A program made the position numbers and the translations under genes. A DNA stretch of 64,000 nucleotides from an uncultured Rhodospirillales bacterium (GTDB lineage Bacteria > Pseudomonadota > Alphaproteobacteria > Rhodospirillales > JAPHRK01): contig CBDUMN010000004.1 of the NCBI GenBank assembly GCA_965368335.1, positions 1,166-65,165 on the forward strand, written 5' to 3'. Within the stretch, counting starts at the first letter, position 1. Each line of letters opens with the position of its first letter. The notes under the pieces were generated by a model. The model made no database searches, had not been told where the DNA came from, and saw nothing but the letters and a program-made list of their open reading frames with translations. Below are positions 46,218 through 54,776 of the stretch, one piece after another.

Positions 46218-48296
46218 TTACTCCTTTTCCTGATTGGTCAATTCACGGCGTTTTTTTGCCAGGATTTCTTCATCGCAAAGGGGACAGAATTCATGCTCAC
46301 CCGCGATATATCCGTGGGTTGGGCAAATAGAGAAGGTCGGCGTTACCGTGATATAGGGCAGCCTGAAACGTTCCAGCGAACGGCGCACCAACTGTTTGCA
46401 GGCCTCCGTATCGGAAATACGTTCACCCATGTAGAGATGAAGGACGGTGCCGCCGGTATATTTGGTTTGCAGTTCTTCCTGGCGTTCCAGAGCCTCGAAA
46501 GGATCATCGGTAAAGCCGACCGGAAGCTGCGAAGAATTGGTGTAGTAAGGATACTGCTCACTGCCCGCCTGCAAAATTTCAGGAAAACGCTTACGGTCTT
46601 CGCGAGCGAAACGATAGGTGGTGCCTTCTGCCGGGGTAGCCTCAAGATTGTACATATGGCCGGTTTCCTCCTGAAACTCGGTCATTCTCTTACGCACATG
46701 ATCAAGCAGACGCACTGCGAAATCATGCCCCCAGTTGCTGGTGATATCCACGGAATCGGCGGTAAAATTGCGGATCATCTCATTGATGCCGTTAACGCCG
46801 AGCGTCGAGAAGTGATTGCGCAAGGTCCCTAGGTAGCGTTTGGTATAGGGAAACAGGCCGGCATCGATATGCCGCTCAATCACCTTGCGTTTGATCTCCA
46901 GGCTATTTCGCCCAAGCTCCAACAGATAGTCAAGCCGCTCGAACAGCCCTTCCTCGTCGCCCCGATAAAGGTAGCCCAACCGAGCGCAGTTGATTGTCAC
47001 GACACCCAACGATCCTGTCTGTTCGGCGCTACCGAACAGGCCATTGCCACGCTTGAGCAACTCAGTCAGGTCCAGTTGCAGGCGACAACACATGGAGCGC
47101 ACCATATTGGGTTTCAGCTCCGAATTGACAAAATTCTGAAAATACGGCAACCCGTATTTAGCCGTCATCTCAAACAGCATTTCACTGTTCGGCCCATCCC
47201 AAGGAAAATCGGGCGTAATGTTGTATGTAGGGATGGGAAAGGTAAACACCCGCCCCTTGGCGTCTCCCTTGGTCATGACCTCGATATAGGCCCGATTGAT
47301 CATGTCCATTTCTTGCTGAAGATCACCATAGGTGAACGACATTTCCTCGCTGCCGATCACCGGAACGTCTTCCATCAGATCTTCAGGGCAAGTCCAATCG
47401 AAGGTTAGGTTGGTAAACGGAGTCTGGGTTCCCCAGCGTGATGGAACATTTAGATTGTAGACCAATTCCTGAATGTACTGCAGCACCTGCTCGTAGCTGA
47501 GATTATCTTTACGAACAAAGGGCGCCATATAGGTATCGAACGAACTGAAGGCCTGAGCTCCGGCCCATTCATTCTGTAAGGTTCCAAGAAAATTGACGAT
47601 CTGCCCGACGGCGCTCGACATATGCTTCGGCGGCCCGGCCTCAACCTTGCCCGGCACTCCGTTCAGTCCCTCATTAAGCAAGGTGCGTAGAGACCACCCA
47701 GCGCAATAGCCCGCCAGCATGTCCAGATCGTGAATGTGAAGATCGCCCGCACGGTGCGCCAACCCGATTTCGGGCGGGTAAACATGCGACAGCCAGTAAT
47801 TGGCGACCACCTTGCCCGAGACATTGAGAATCAGACCGCCGAGCGAATAACCTTGATTGGCGTTGGCGTTAATCCGCCAGTCCACCCTGTCGAGGTATTC
47901 GTTGATCGAGCTTTCCACATCGACCAACGTCTTACTGTCTTCCCGGAGGCGGGAATGCTGCTCTCGATAGACGATATAGGCCCGCGCCGTCGCCAGATGG
48001 TTAGCCGAAATGAGCACCTGCTCGACCACGTCCTGAATTTGTTCGATCTGGGCGGCGCGGCCAGGAAACCGGTGAGACAGAACCTTGACCGTCTGGATGG
48101 TCAGCAATTCCGCTTCATGCACATCAAACTCGACGCTCGCCTTGCCCGCCCGCTCAATAGCAAAACGAATTTTCTCATGATCGAACGGCACCGCAGTTCC
48201 ATCGCGTCGAACAACACCGCTAGGAAAAGCCGATACAGATAAATCGGATTGAATTGGGCGACTGTTTTGCTCAGCCGCATCAGCGAGTAACGTCAT
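46218..48296 (-). CDS. nrdD: anaerobic ribonucleoside-triphosphate reductase, large body (ATP-cone + barrel + Zn ribbon) lacking the glycyl-radical tail
   Basis: Start trimmed to MTLLADAAEQ (ATG 48296), because the longer track ORF would run through the riboswitch. ATP-cone (VVRRDGTAVPFDHEKI), and a C-terminal FSICPTHG...CPLCD. Ends at TAA 46220-46218 before any RVxGY motif. Confidence 0.9.
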   Translation of the reverse strand: MTLLADAAEQNSRPIQSDLSVSAFPSGVVRRDGTAVPFDHEKIRFAIERAGKASVEFDVHEAELLTIQTVKVLSHRFPGRAAQIEQIQDVVEQVLISANHLATARAYIVYREQHSRLREDSKTLVDVESSINEYLDRVDWRINANANQGYSLGGLILNVSGKVVANYWLSHVYPPEIGLAHRAGDLHIHDLDMLAGYCAGWSLRTLLNEGLNGVPGKVEAGPPKHMSSAVGQIVNFLGTLQNEWAGAQAFSSFDTYMAPFVRKDNLSYEQVLQYIQELVYNLNVPSRWGTQTPFTNLTFDWTCPEDLMEDVPVIGSEEMSFTYGDLQQEMDMINRAYIEVMTKGDAKGRVFTFPIPTYNITPDFPWDGPNSEMLFEMTAKYGLPYFQNFVNSELKPNMVRSMCCRLQLDLTELLKRGNGLFGSAEQTGSLGVVTINCARLGYLYRGDEEGLFERLDYLLELGRNSLEIKRKVIERHIDAGLFPYTKRYLGTLRNHFSTLGVNGINEMIRNFTADSVDITSNWGHDFAVRLLDHVRKRMTEFQEETGHMYNLEATPAEGTTYRFAREDRKRFPEILQAGSEQYPYYTNSSQLPVGFTDDPFEALERQEELQTKYTGGTVLHLYMGERISDTEACKQLVRRSLERFRLPYITVTPTFSICPTHGYIAGEHEFCPLCDEEILAKKRRELTNQEKE

Positions 48297-48409
48297 GGGT
48301 CCCCCCGTTGGTTGTGCCGAACGGAGGACGAAGACATTGATTTCGGGAAACAGGCTCAAAAGGCCACAACGCGAAACAATGACCTTCCGGAGCACCCCGC
48401 CCGAAGACA

Positions 48410-48595
48410 TCAAAAACTTGTCCTCGGCAGGTCTCCTGGCTCACGGGTCAAAGCGTCTGCCTGGCCTTCCCGGCGTCCCTAAAGACACCAGTGGCCCACT
48501 TTGGCAGCCGCTCACCGCTTACAGTTGCGGGGGCAGCTCCGGACTTGCCGCGCATGGCAGCGCACCGGATTCCCTCTTAGCCCTACATTTTGTGG
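48410..48595 (-). promoter_or_regulatory. cobalamin (B12) riboswitch in the nrdD leader
   Basis: The minus-strand RNA contains AGAGGGAAUCCGGUGCG, GCUGCCCCCGCAACUGUAAGCGG, GGGCCACUGG, and the B12 box AGCCAGGAGACCUGCC (48441-48426). All are hallmark conserved blocks of the cobalamin riboswitch. Confidence 0.85.
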
Positions 48596-48619
48596 AATGC
48601 AAGGGCCGTGGACACAACA

Positions 48620-48648
48620 AATTGATAACAAGCTCCCCCTTTTGTCAA
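48620..48648 (-). promoter_or_regulatory. candidate sigma-70 promoter for the riboswitch-nrdD transcript
   Basis: Minus strand: TTGACA (48648-48643), 17 nt, then TCAATT (48625-20). The -35 is perfect and the -10 is weak. It is placed about 25 nt upstream of the riboswitch. Confidence 0.35.
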
Positions 48649-48669
48649 GCGTCTTTTTCCAGTCGCCCC

Positions 48670-50187
48670 CTACTCCGCCAATTCATCACGCATGACACGC
48701 TTGAGAGTTTTGCCCGCCGCACTACGGGGGAAGTCATCCATGATCAGCACTTGGCTGACTCGTTGGAACTTGGCTTCAACATTGGCGTTGATCCACTCCT
48801 GCAGTTCTTCAGGATTAGTGGTGTGACCGTCCTTAAGGATCACGGCGGCTACCGGGGTTTCGCCCCATTTAGCCGAGGGCAGACCGAACACGGCTACTTC
48901 CAGAATGGCCGGATGTTGAGCGGCGGTTTCCTCAATATCCTTGGGGTATACGTTGACGCCGCCCGAAATGATCATATCTTTCTTGCGATCAACCAGGAAC
49001 AGAAAACCCTCTTCATCCATGTATCCCACATCACCAGTGAACAGCCAGCCGTCCTTGACCGCGCCTTCGGTGAGGTCGGAACGTTTGTAGTAGCCCGGCA
49101 TCATGGTCGGGCCGCGCCCAACAATTTCACCCACCTCGCCCGGTGCCAGATCGTTACCGTCATCGTCGCAGATACGCATCTCAAAAAACGGCGTACAAGC
49201 TCCTACCGAGCCTTGTTTGCGTTTGGCGTCCAGTTTGTCGAGGATGGTGAGGAATCCTTCGGTCAGGCCGTAGAGCTCGTAGAACACGCCGGGCAACAAC
49301 TTCTCCAGGCGCTGCTTATGCTCAAGCAGCAAAGGCGCACCTAAAGACAGAACCATTTCCAGGCTTTGAAGTTTCTCCCGCGTCGCTTCTGGGTGGTTCA
49401 GCAGGGCGATGATCTGAGCTGGGACCATCATGATGTGGCTCACCTTCTCACGTTCGATGGTCTTGATCACCTCATCGATATCGAAGGCTTTGTGGAGAAT
49501 ATAGGTCGCCCCGTTGAAAAACGTCGGCATGAGGGTGACGAAAGCGCCGTTGAAAATCACCGCGCCGGTATGCAGCGTCACGCTTTCAGGCGTGAAGCGA
49601 AAGGCCTGACTGAACAGCGAACAATACATGGCCCGCACATAGTGGGTATGGACGATACCCTTGGGTTCACCGGTGGTGCCGCTGGAATAGATGATGTTGT
49701 AAACGTCCTGGTCGGAAAGCCCGATATCGGGCGGTTCACTCTCTGATGCGCTCTCAACCAGATCGGCGTAGCGCCTGAAATTGGGTCGGCCGGAACCATC
49801 GACAATGATGTAATTTTCTTTAGCGATCTCCAGATCGTCCTGCACCGCTTCGACCAATGGCGCATAAGATTCAACGGTCAGCACCATCACCGTATCGGCA
49901 TTGCGTAACAGATTGGCTAACCCCTTGGGCTGCAAAAGCGGACTCATGGGCACCACTACAGCGCCCATTTTTCCGAGCGCCCAATAGAGCGTCAAAAGCT
50001 CCAGGCAATTGGGCAGTACGGTAGCGATTTTCTGATCCTTTTTGACACCGGCGGCGATCAAGGCGTTGGCCAATTGGTTGACCCGGCCATTAAAGGTTTT
50101 GTAGTCAAGCCGCTCATCGCCGAAGATCACCCCGGTATGATCGGAGCGATACTGAGCTTGGCGGGTCATGATGCTGCCGATGTTCAT
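48670..50187 (-). CDS. AMP-dependent acyl-CoA synthetase/ligase
   Basis: 505 aa with AMP-binding motifs YSSGTTGEPKG, GYGLTE-like YELYGLTEG, and TGDVGYMDEEGFLFLVDRKKD. Confidence 0.9.
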   Translation of the reverse strand: MNIGSIMTRQAQYRSDHTGVIFGDERLDYKTFNGRVNQLANALIAAGVKKDQKIATVLPNCLELLTLYWALGKMGAVVVPMSPLLQPKGLANLLRNADTVMVLTVESYAPLVEAVQDDLEIAKENYIIVDGSGRPNFRRYADLVESASESEPPDIGLSDQDVYNIIYSSGTTGEPKGIVHTHYVRAMYCSLFSQAFRFTPESVTLHTGAVIFNGAFVTLMPTFFNGATYILHKAFDIDEVIKTIEREKVSHIMMVPAQIIALLNHPEATREKLQSLEMVLSLGAPLLLEHKQRLEKLLPGVFYELYGLTEGFLTILDKLDAKRKQGSVGACTPFFEMRICDDDGNDLAPGEVGEIVGRGPTMMPGYYKRSDLTEGAVKDGWLFTGDVGYMDEEGFLFLVDRKKDMIISGGVNVYPKDIEETAAQHPAILEVAVFGLPSAKWGETPVAAVILKDGHTTNPEELQEWINANVEAKFQRVSQVLIMDDFPRSAAGKTLKRVMRDELAE

Positions 50188-50202
50188 GGGGGTGTCTCCC
50201 GA

Positions 50203-50982
50203 TTATTCACCTTTGAATTCAGGTTTCCGCTTATTGAGGAAGGCGTCTACCCCCTCTTTAAAATCCGCCGTATCAAAATAGAAATAGCTCTTTTCAGCCT
50301 GTTCGACCGGCAATTCGGCGGGTGTCGTCTGCTGGCGAATAAAGGCCTTGTGCCATCTTGCCGTCAAAGGCGCGCCTTCGGCAATTCGCCGGGCCGTACC
50401 ATAGGCCTCAGCCTCGACATCATCGACGGCGACCACACGGCCGACCAGCCCTTTTGCGTAGGCCTCCTCGGCTTTATAGACCCGACCTTCAAGCAGAATT
50501 TCGTTCATCGTCGCCGGTCCGCAAATTCGCATGATGCTTTCAATTTCCGGGCTCGGCATAGCGAGACCTAGAAACTTGATCGGCGCACCGAATCGGGCGT
50601 TGTCGCCTGCCACTCGAATATCGCACTGGGTCGCGATTTGCAGCCCGCCTCCCATGCAGGCTCCTTTAATCAGCGCAACAGTGGGAACGGGACAGAAATA
50701 GATCGCCTCCAGAGCCTCTCGGAGCAACTGGTCGTAGGCCCGGGCTTGGTCCGGGTTGGCCCGTTCGGCCTCAAATTCGGAAATGTCGGCTCCAGCGGCA
50801 AAAGCTTCATCGCCCGCCCCGCGCAACACAATACAACGCAGGTGCTCATCGTCGGACAGATCGCGGAAGACATCCCGCAATCCCACCCACATGGCCTTAT
50901 TGAGCGCATTGCGCTTGGCCGGATTATTCAGGGTCACGGTGGCGATATCGCCGTCGCGGTCAACCAGGATGGGATCGGACAT
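50203..50982 (-). CDS. enoyl-CoA hydratase/isomerase family protein
   Basis: Start trimmed to MSDPILVDRDGDIATVTLNNP. Crotonase core ALIKGACMGGGLQIATQCDIRV. Confidence 0.85.
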   Translation of the reverse strand: MSDPILVDRDGDIATVTLNNPAKRNALNKAMWVGLRDVFRDLSDDEHLRCIVLRGAGDEAFAAGADISEFEAERANPDQARAYDQLLREALEAIYFCPVPTVALIKGACMGGGLQIATQCDIRVAGDNARFGAPIKFLGLAMPSPEIESIMRICGPATMNEILLEGRVYKAEEAYAKGLVGRVVAVDDVEAEAYGTARRIAEGAPLTARWHKAFIRQQTTPAELPVEQAEKSYFYFDTADFKEGVDAFLNKRKPEFKGE

Positions 50983-51074
50983 AAAAGGTTCCTTCTGGAC
51001 GCAAAAGGGGATTAAGGACAATATTGGAATAGGCAAAGATCATAATCATTGAAAATAACGGCTCAAGAGGTTCC

Positions 51075-51389
51075 ATGACGCTGAAAGCTGAATTCCACGT
51101 CGGACAGGTGGTCCACCACACAATCTTCGGCTACCGGGGCGTCGTTATCGACGTCGACCCCTATTTCAACGGATCCGACGACTGGTACTCAACCATGGCC
51201 AAGTCGAAACCGCCCAAGGATCGTCCCTGGTATCACGTTCTGGTGGATGAGGCGGACTACCGCACTTATGTGGCCGAACGCAATCTTGAGCCCGATCAGA
51301 TCGGCGGACCGGTACAACACCCAGACCTGGGCGACTATTTCGACAAGTTGGAAGAAGGCGGCTACAAGCCTCTAAGCCGATCCAACTGA
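51075..51389 (+). CDS. hspQ: heat-shock protein HspQ / YccV hemimethylated-DNA-binding family
   Basis: 104 aa. FHVGQVVHHTIFGYRGVVIDVDP ... PWYHVLV parallels E. coli HspQ. Confidence 0.85.
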   Translation: MTLKAEFHVGQVVHHTIFGYRGVVIDVDPYFNGSDDWYSTMAKSKPPKDRPWYHVLVDEADYRTYVAERNLEPDQIGGPVQHPDLGDYFDKLEEGGYKPLSRSN

Positions 51390-51491
51390 GCTCAAATCGA
51401 TATTATCCCCATCCCTGACATGACAAGGGCTAAAACGCCTGTTAAATAGAGTGCGTTTTTCAATTCCAGGAAGCCTTTGGAGACCGACCCC

Positions 51492-52184
51492 ATGCCCAAC
51501 GTTTCGCGTTCGCCCGAGCAAAAGGAAGCCGGACTGCTGACCGCCAAGATCCTCTGGGAAATCGAAGCCGTAAATTTCCGCCCTGAGGAGCCCTACATGC
51601 TCACCGCCGGTTGGGCGAGCCCGGTTTACATCGATTGCCGGAAAATCATCTCATTTGTTCAGGCACGCCGTAAAATCATCGAAATGGCCGTCGCCAACAC
51701 TCAGCGCGAAGAAGGTTTCGAGGCCGTCGACTCGGTGGCTGGCGGAGAAACGGCGGGCATTCCCTACGCTGCCTGGATGGCTGAAGCCATGGACCTTCCC
51801 ATGCAATACATCCGCAAGAAACCCAAGGGGTTCGGCCGCAACGCCCAGATTGAAGGCGATCTCAAACCCGGCAGCCGGGTGCTTCTGGTCGAAGACTTAG
51901 CCACAGACGGCGGGTCCAAGATCAACTTTATCAATGCATTGCGCACCGCAGGCGCGACGGTTTCCGATTGCTTCGTGGTCTTTTTTTACGGCGTCTTTCC
52001 CGGCGCGCTGAAAGCCTTGGAAGATGAAGGCGTGACGCTCCATTACCTCGCCAACTGGTGGGATGTTCTGGAAATCGCCGAAAAGGAAAAGCTTTTCCCG
52101 CAAGAATCGTTGGATGCCGTACGCGATTTTCTCAACGACCCCATCGGCTGGTCCGCCGCACACGGCGGCAAAGGAGCCGATTAA
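51492..52184 (+). CDS. pyrE: orotate phosphoribosyltransferase
   Basis: PRPP-binding motif VLLVEDLATDGGS. Start trimmed to the second Met (MPNVSRS). Confidence 0.85.
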   Translation: MPNVSRSPEQKEAGLLTAKILWEIEAVNFRPEEPYMLTAGWASPVYIDCRKIISFVQARRKIIEMAVANTQREEGFEAVDSVAGGETAGIPYAAWMAEAMDLPMQYIRKKPKGFGRNAQIEGDLKPGSRVLLVEDLATDGGSKINFINALRTAGATVSDCFVVFFYGVFPGALKALEDEGVTLHYLANWWDVLEIAEKEKLFPQESLDAVRDFLNDPIGWSAAHGGKGAD

Positions 52185-52217
52185 AATCTAAAACCCCGGT
52201 TAGGAGGCCATCCCCCC

Positions 52218-53162
52218 ATGGACCCCAAACTGAAAAAGCTTATCGGTTTAATTGCGCTCAAGATCGTACTGGTTGCCCTGATCGTTGTCGGCGTGACCTA
52301 CTCGGTCATGGGCGCCGAGCGCAAGACCGGACCATTGGTCTCCGTCGATTGGGTCAAAGAAAACCTTAACAAGGAAGGTCTCATTTTCCTCGATGTGCGT
52401 AGTAAGCAAGACTACGCAACTTTCCATGTACCCGGCGCTATCCATACCGACTACGGACGCGACGGCTGGCGGGTGAAGAAGGGCGCCGTCAGGGGGATGA
52501 TGCCCGAGCCGGAAAAGGCGGCCAAACTGATAGGCCTGCTCGGCATCGGAAACGATGATCACGTCGTCATTGTCGCCAATGGCTACGGCGCAGGAGATAT
52601 GGGCGTCTCCACCCGGATTTACTGGACCTTCAAAGTCTTGGGACACGACGCCGTATCGATACTCGACGGTGGCATGTCGGCCTATATGCGCAACCGAAAA
52701 AATCCACTCACCGATTCCCGCAAGAAGCTGCCGGAAAAAGAGTTCAAATTCACCCTGCGCGAGGAGTTATTGGCGACCCGCGAAGAGGTGATCGAGGCCA
52801 TTGAAAACGGCACTCCGCTGATCGACGCACGGGCCGACAGCTTTTATCTCGGCATTAACAAGTCTGGATCGGTCCAAACCGCCGGCACATTACCCGGCGC
52901 AACGAACCTCCCCATCGACTGGATGGTTGAGCGTGGCGGCTTTTTCCGTACACCCGAGCATCAAAAAGTTCTGTTCGCCACGGCCAATACGCCAACCAGC
53001 GGCAAGGCCATCGCCTTTTGCAATACAGGGCATCAGGCCAGCGTTACCTGGTTCGTCGGGCACGAGCTTCTGGGCAACAAGGATTTGAGCCTCTACGACG
53101 GCTCCATGGCAGACTGGACCCAAAACAAGGCCGCTCCGGTCGACAAGAAAATCAAATTCTAG
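52218..53162 (+). CDS. membrane-anchored tandem-rhodanese sulfurtransferase
   Basis: N-terminal TM helix (LIGLIALKIVLVALIVVGVTY), then two rhodanese domains. The second carries the active-site loop CNTGHQAS. Confidence 0.85.
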   Translation: MDPKLKKLIGLIALKIVLVALIVVGVTYSVMGAERKTGPLVSVDWVKENLNKEGLIFLDVRSKQDYATFHVPGAIHTDYGRDGWRVKKGAVRGMMPEPEKAAKLIGLLGIGNDDHVVIVANGYGAGDMGVSTRIYWTFKVLGHDAVSILDGGMSAYMRNRKNPLTDSRKKLPEKEFKFTLREELLATREEVIEAIENGTPLIDARADSFYLGINKSGSVQTAGTLPGATNLPIDWMVERGGFFRTPEHQKVLFATANTPTSGKAIAFCNTGHQASVTWFVGHELLGNKDLSLYDGSMADWTQNKAAPVDKKIKF

Positions 53163-54433
53163 TCGACCTTTCCCTCGGCGATCACCGAAGTCAGAGTCGC
53201 ATTGGTGAAGTTTGTCCGGCTGGTCTTGGCGTGCATGAGGTTGGCATTGGTTAGATCAGCAGAAGAAAAGTCGGCCTTGATCAGATTGGCCCGGCTGAAG
53301 TTGGCGTCGGCGAAATTACTCGGCCAGTTCTTATTTGCCGATTCTCCGCTACGGGTCAGTATCTCCTGAGGGCCCGCTTGCCCATTCCTCAAGTTGGTCC
53401 CCTCAAAATCACAGCCTTTGAAAGTACCACCGCACATGACGCAGCCCATCAGGTTCGCTTTGGTGAATTTCGCTCCGGTGCAATCGGCCATGGTCATTTC
53501 CATACCCGCCAGATTGGCTCCCGTGAAATCGACATCTTTGAGCGTCGCCCCACTCAAGTTAAACCCACGAAAATCCACGTAGCTGAAGTCGTTGCCATCC
53601 AGCACCGCCCGCTCTCCCGATACGCCAAAGGACGAAACCCAAAGAGCGTGTTCACGCAGAACATGCCGAATATCCACATCCAGTTCGGCCAGCTCGCGCA
53701 CAACACGAGCCCCCTTTAGCTTGGCTAAAGAAAGGTCAACACCTTCAAGGCCGCAGGCCGCCAGATTGGTGTTCTCAAAATTGGCCCCCCTGACGTCCGC
53801 ACCGGCCAGATTAGTACCGCAAAGATCAACATTGGCGAGATTGGCTTCGGAAAGATTGGCGCCGCTTAAATCCACATCGGTCAGGTTCGACTCGCTTAAA
53901 TCTGCTCCGCGCAGAACCGCCCCTTGCAAAGAAGCCCCCGTCAGATCGGTCTGAATAATGGTCGCCTGAGAAAGTCGCGCCCCAACCAGTTGCACCCCCG
54001 TCAGATCGGCCAGTTCGCGGCCTTGCGGGTCATGGCTATGGGTTAGGATGCGTAGTTCCGTATCTTCACTGACGGCCAGGGTGCCGTCACGCAGATCCGT
54101 GTTTTCAAGGTTCGCATGATCAAGAATGGCCCCCCGCAAATAGGTGCCGCGCAAGTCACACCCCGAGAGGTTAGATTCGGAAAGATTGGCATCGCAAAAA
54201 TCAGCGGCGAAAAGATCCGCCTCGCGAAAATCAGCCCGAATGAGAATACTGTCGCAGAGATTGGCGCCAACCAGCTTGGCCTTGCGCAGATCAGCGCGTG
54301 TCAGGTTGTAGCCTGCAAGGTTGGCCATGGTCAGATCGGCCAGACAACCGCCCCGTTCGGCCAACCATTCCCGGTGCTCAGCTAAAACCTTGGCAAACTC
54401 AGCAGGTGAAATATTTTTCCGTCTCGGCAGCAT
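53159..54433 (-). CDS. pentapeptide-repeat protein (two repeat modules)
   Basis: 424 aa dominated by A(D/N)LxX pentads (ANLSGANLSEANLANVDLCGTNLAGADVRGANF...). Confidence 0.9.
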   Translation of the reverse strand: MLPRRKNISPAEFAKVLAEHREWLAERGGCLADLTMANLAGYNLTRADLRKAKLVGANLCDSILIRADFREADLFAADFCDANLSESNLSGCDLRGTYLRGAILDHANLENTDLRDGTLAVSEDTELRILTHSHDPQGRELADLTGVQLVGARLSQATIIQTDLTGASLQGAVLRGADLSESNLTDVDLSGANLSEANLANVDLCGTNLAGADVRGANFENTNLAACGLEGVDLSLAKLKGARVVRELAELDVDIRHVLREHALWVSSFGVSGERAVLDGNDFSYVDFRGFNLSGATLKDVDFTGANLAGMEMTMADCTGAKFTKANLMGCVMCGGTFKGCDFEGTNLRNGQAGPQEILTRSGESANKNWPSNFADANFSRANLIKADFSSADLTNANLMHAKTSRTNFTNATLTSVIAEGKVD

Positions 54434-54776
54434 TCACGCTCTTTATTGTTTTAAAGCGCGTCCGAGGCCCACCCCCTACCGCGCAAACGAGATCGTCCAC
54501 AGACATTACGCGGACACACTCCTACCGCCGGGCAGGATAGACGAAAGAGTTTGGCTTGTAGACCGTAAAATCAATCAGCCAGGCAAGGTCTTGTAGAAAG
54601 CCTTGAACTTATCTCTATCTTTCGTTCTTTCAAAAAATATTTCGACGTCTTTCTGTCGTAAGCCGTCACTCAAACCAACATTGAGAACCGCCTTCCCCAA
54701 GCAACTATTACGCAACCAAGGGATCATTAATTTTCAGAAAAAAACACGAATGAACACCCTGGGATGAAAAACTCCA

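Noticed and set aside
46218-46220. In-frame stop in nrdD as a recoding site (selenocysteine or pyrrolysine)
   Set aside because: The codon is TAA, not TGA or TAG. An AAGGAG-ATG reinitiation signal is a simpler explanation. Read-through or sequencing error remain possible and are listed as refutations.
46203-46832. 209-aa plus-strand ORF (and 46869-47408, 47730-48242)
   Set aside because: All three are antisense shadows within nrdD.
48600-48669. FNR/anaerobox (TTGAT-N4-ATCAA) upstream of nrdD, and likewise upstream of hemN
   Set aside because: I found only partial half-sites (for example TTGATAACAAG) with no properly spaced inverted partner. hemN has only a 21-nt gap to the upstream gene.
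48295-49344. 349-aa plus-strand ORF
   Set aside because: It spans the antisense of the cobalamin riboswitch and of the acyl-CoA ligase gene. It has no motifs, and both underlying features are strongly supported.
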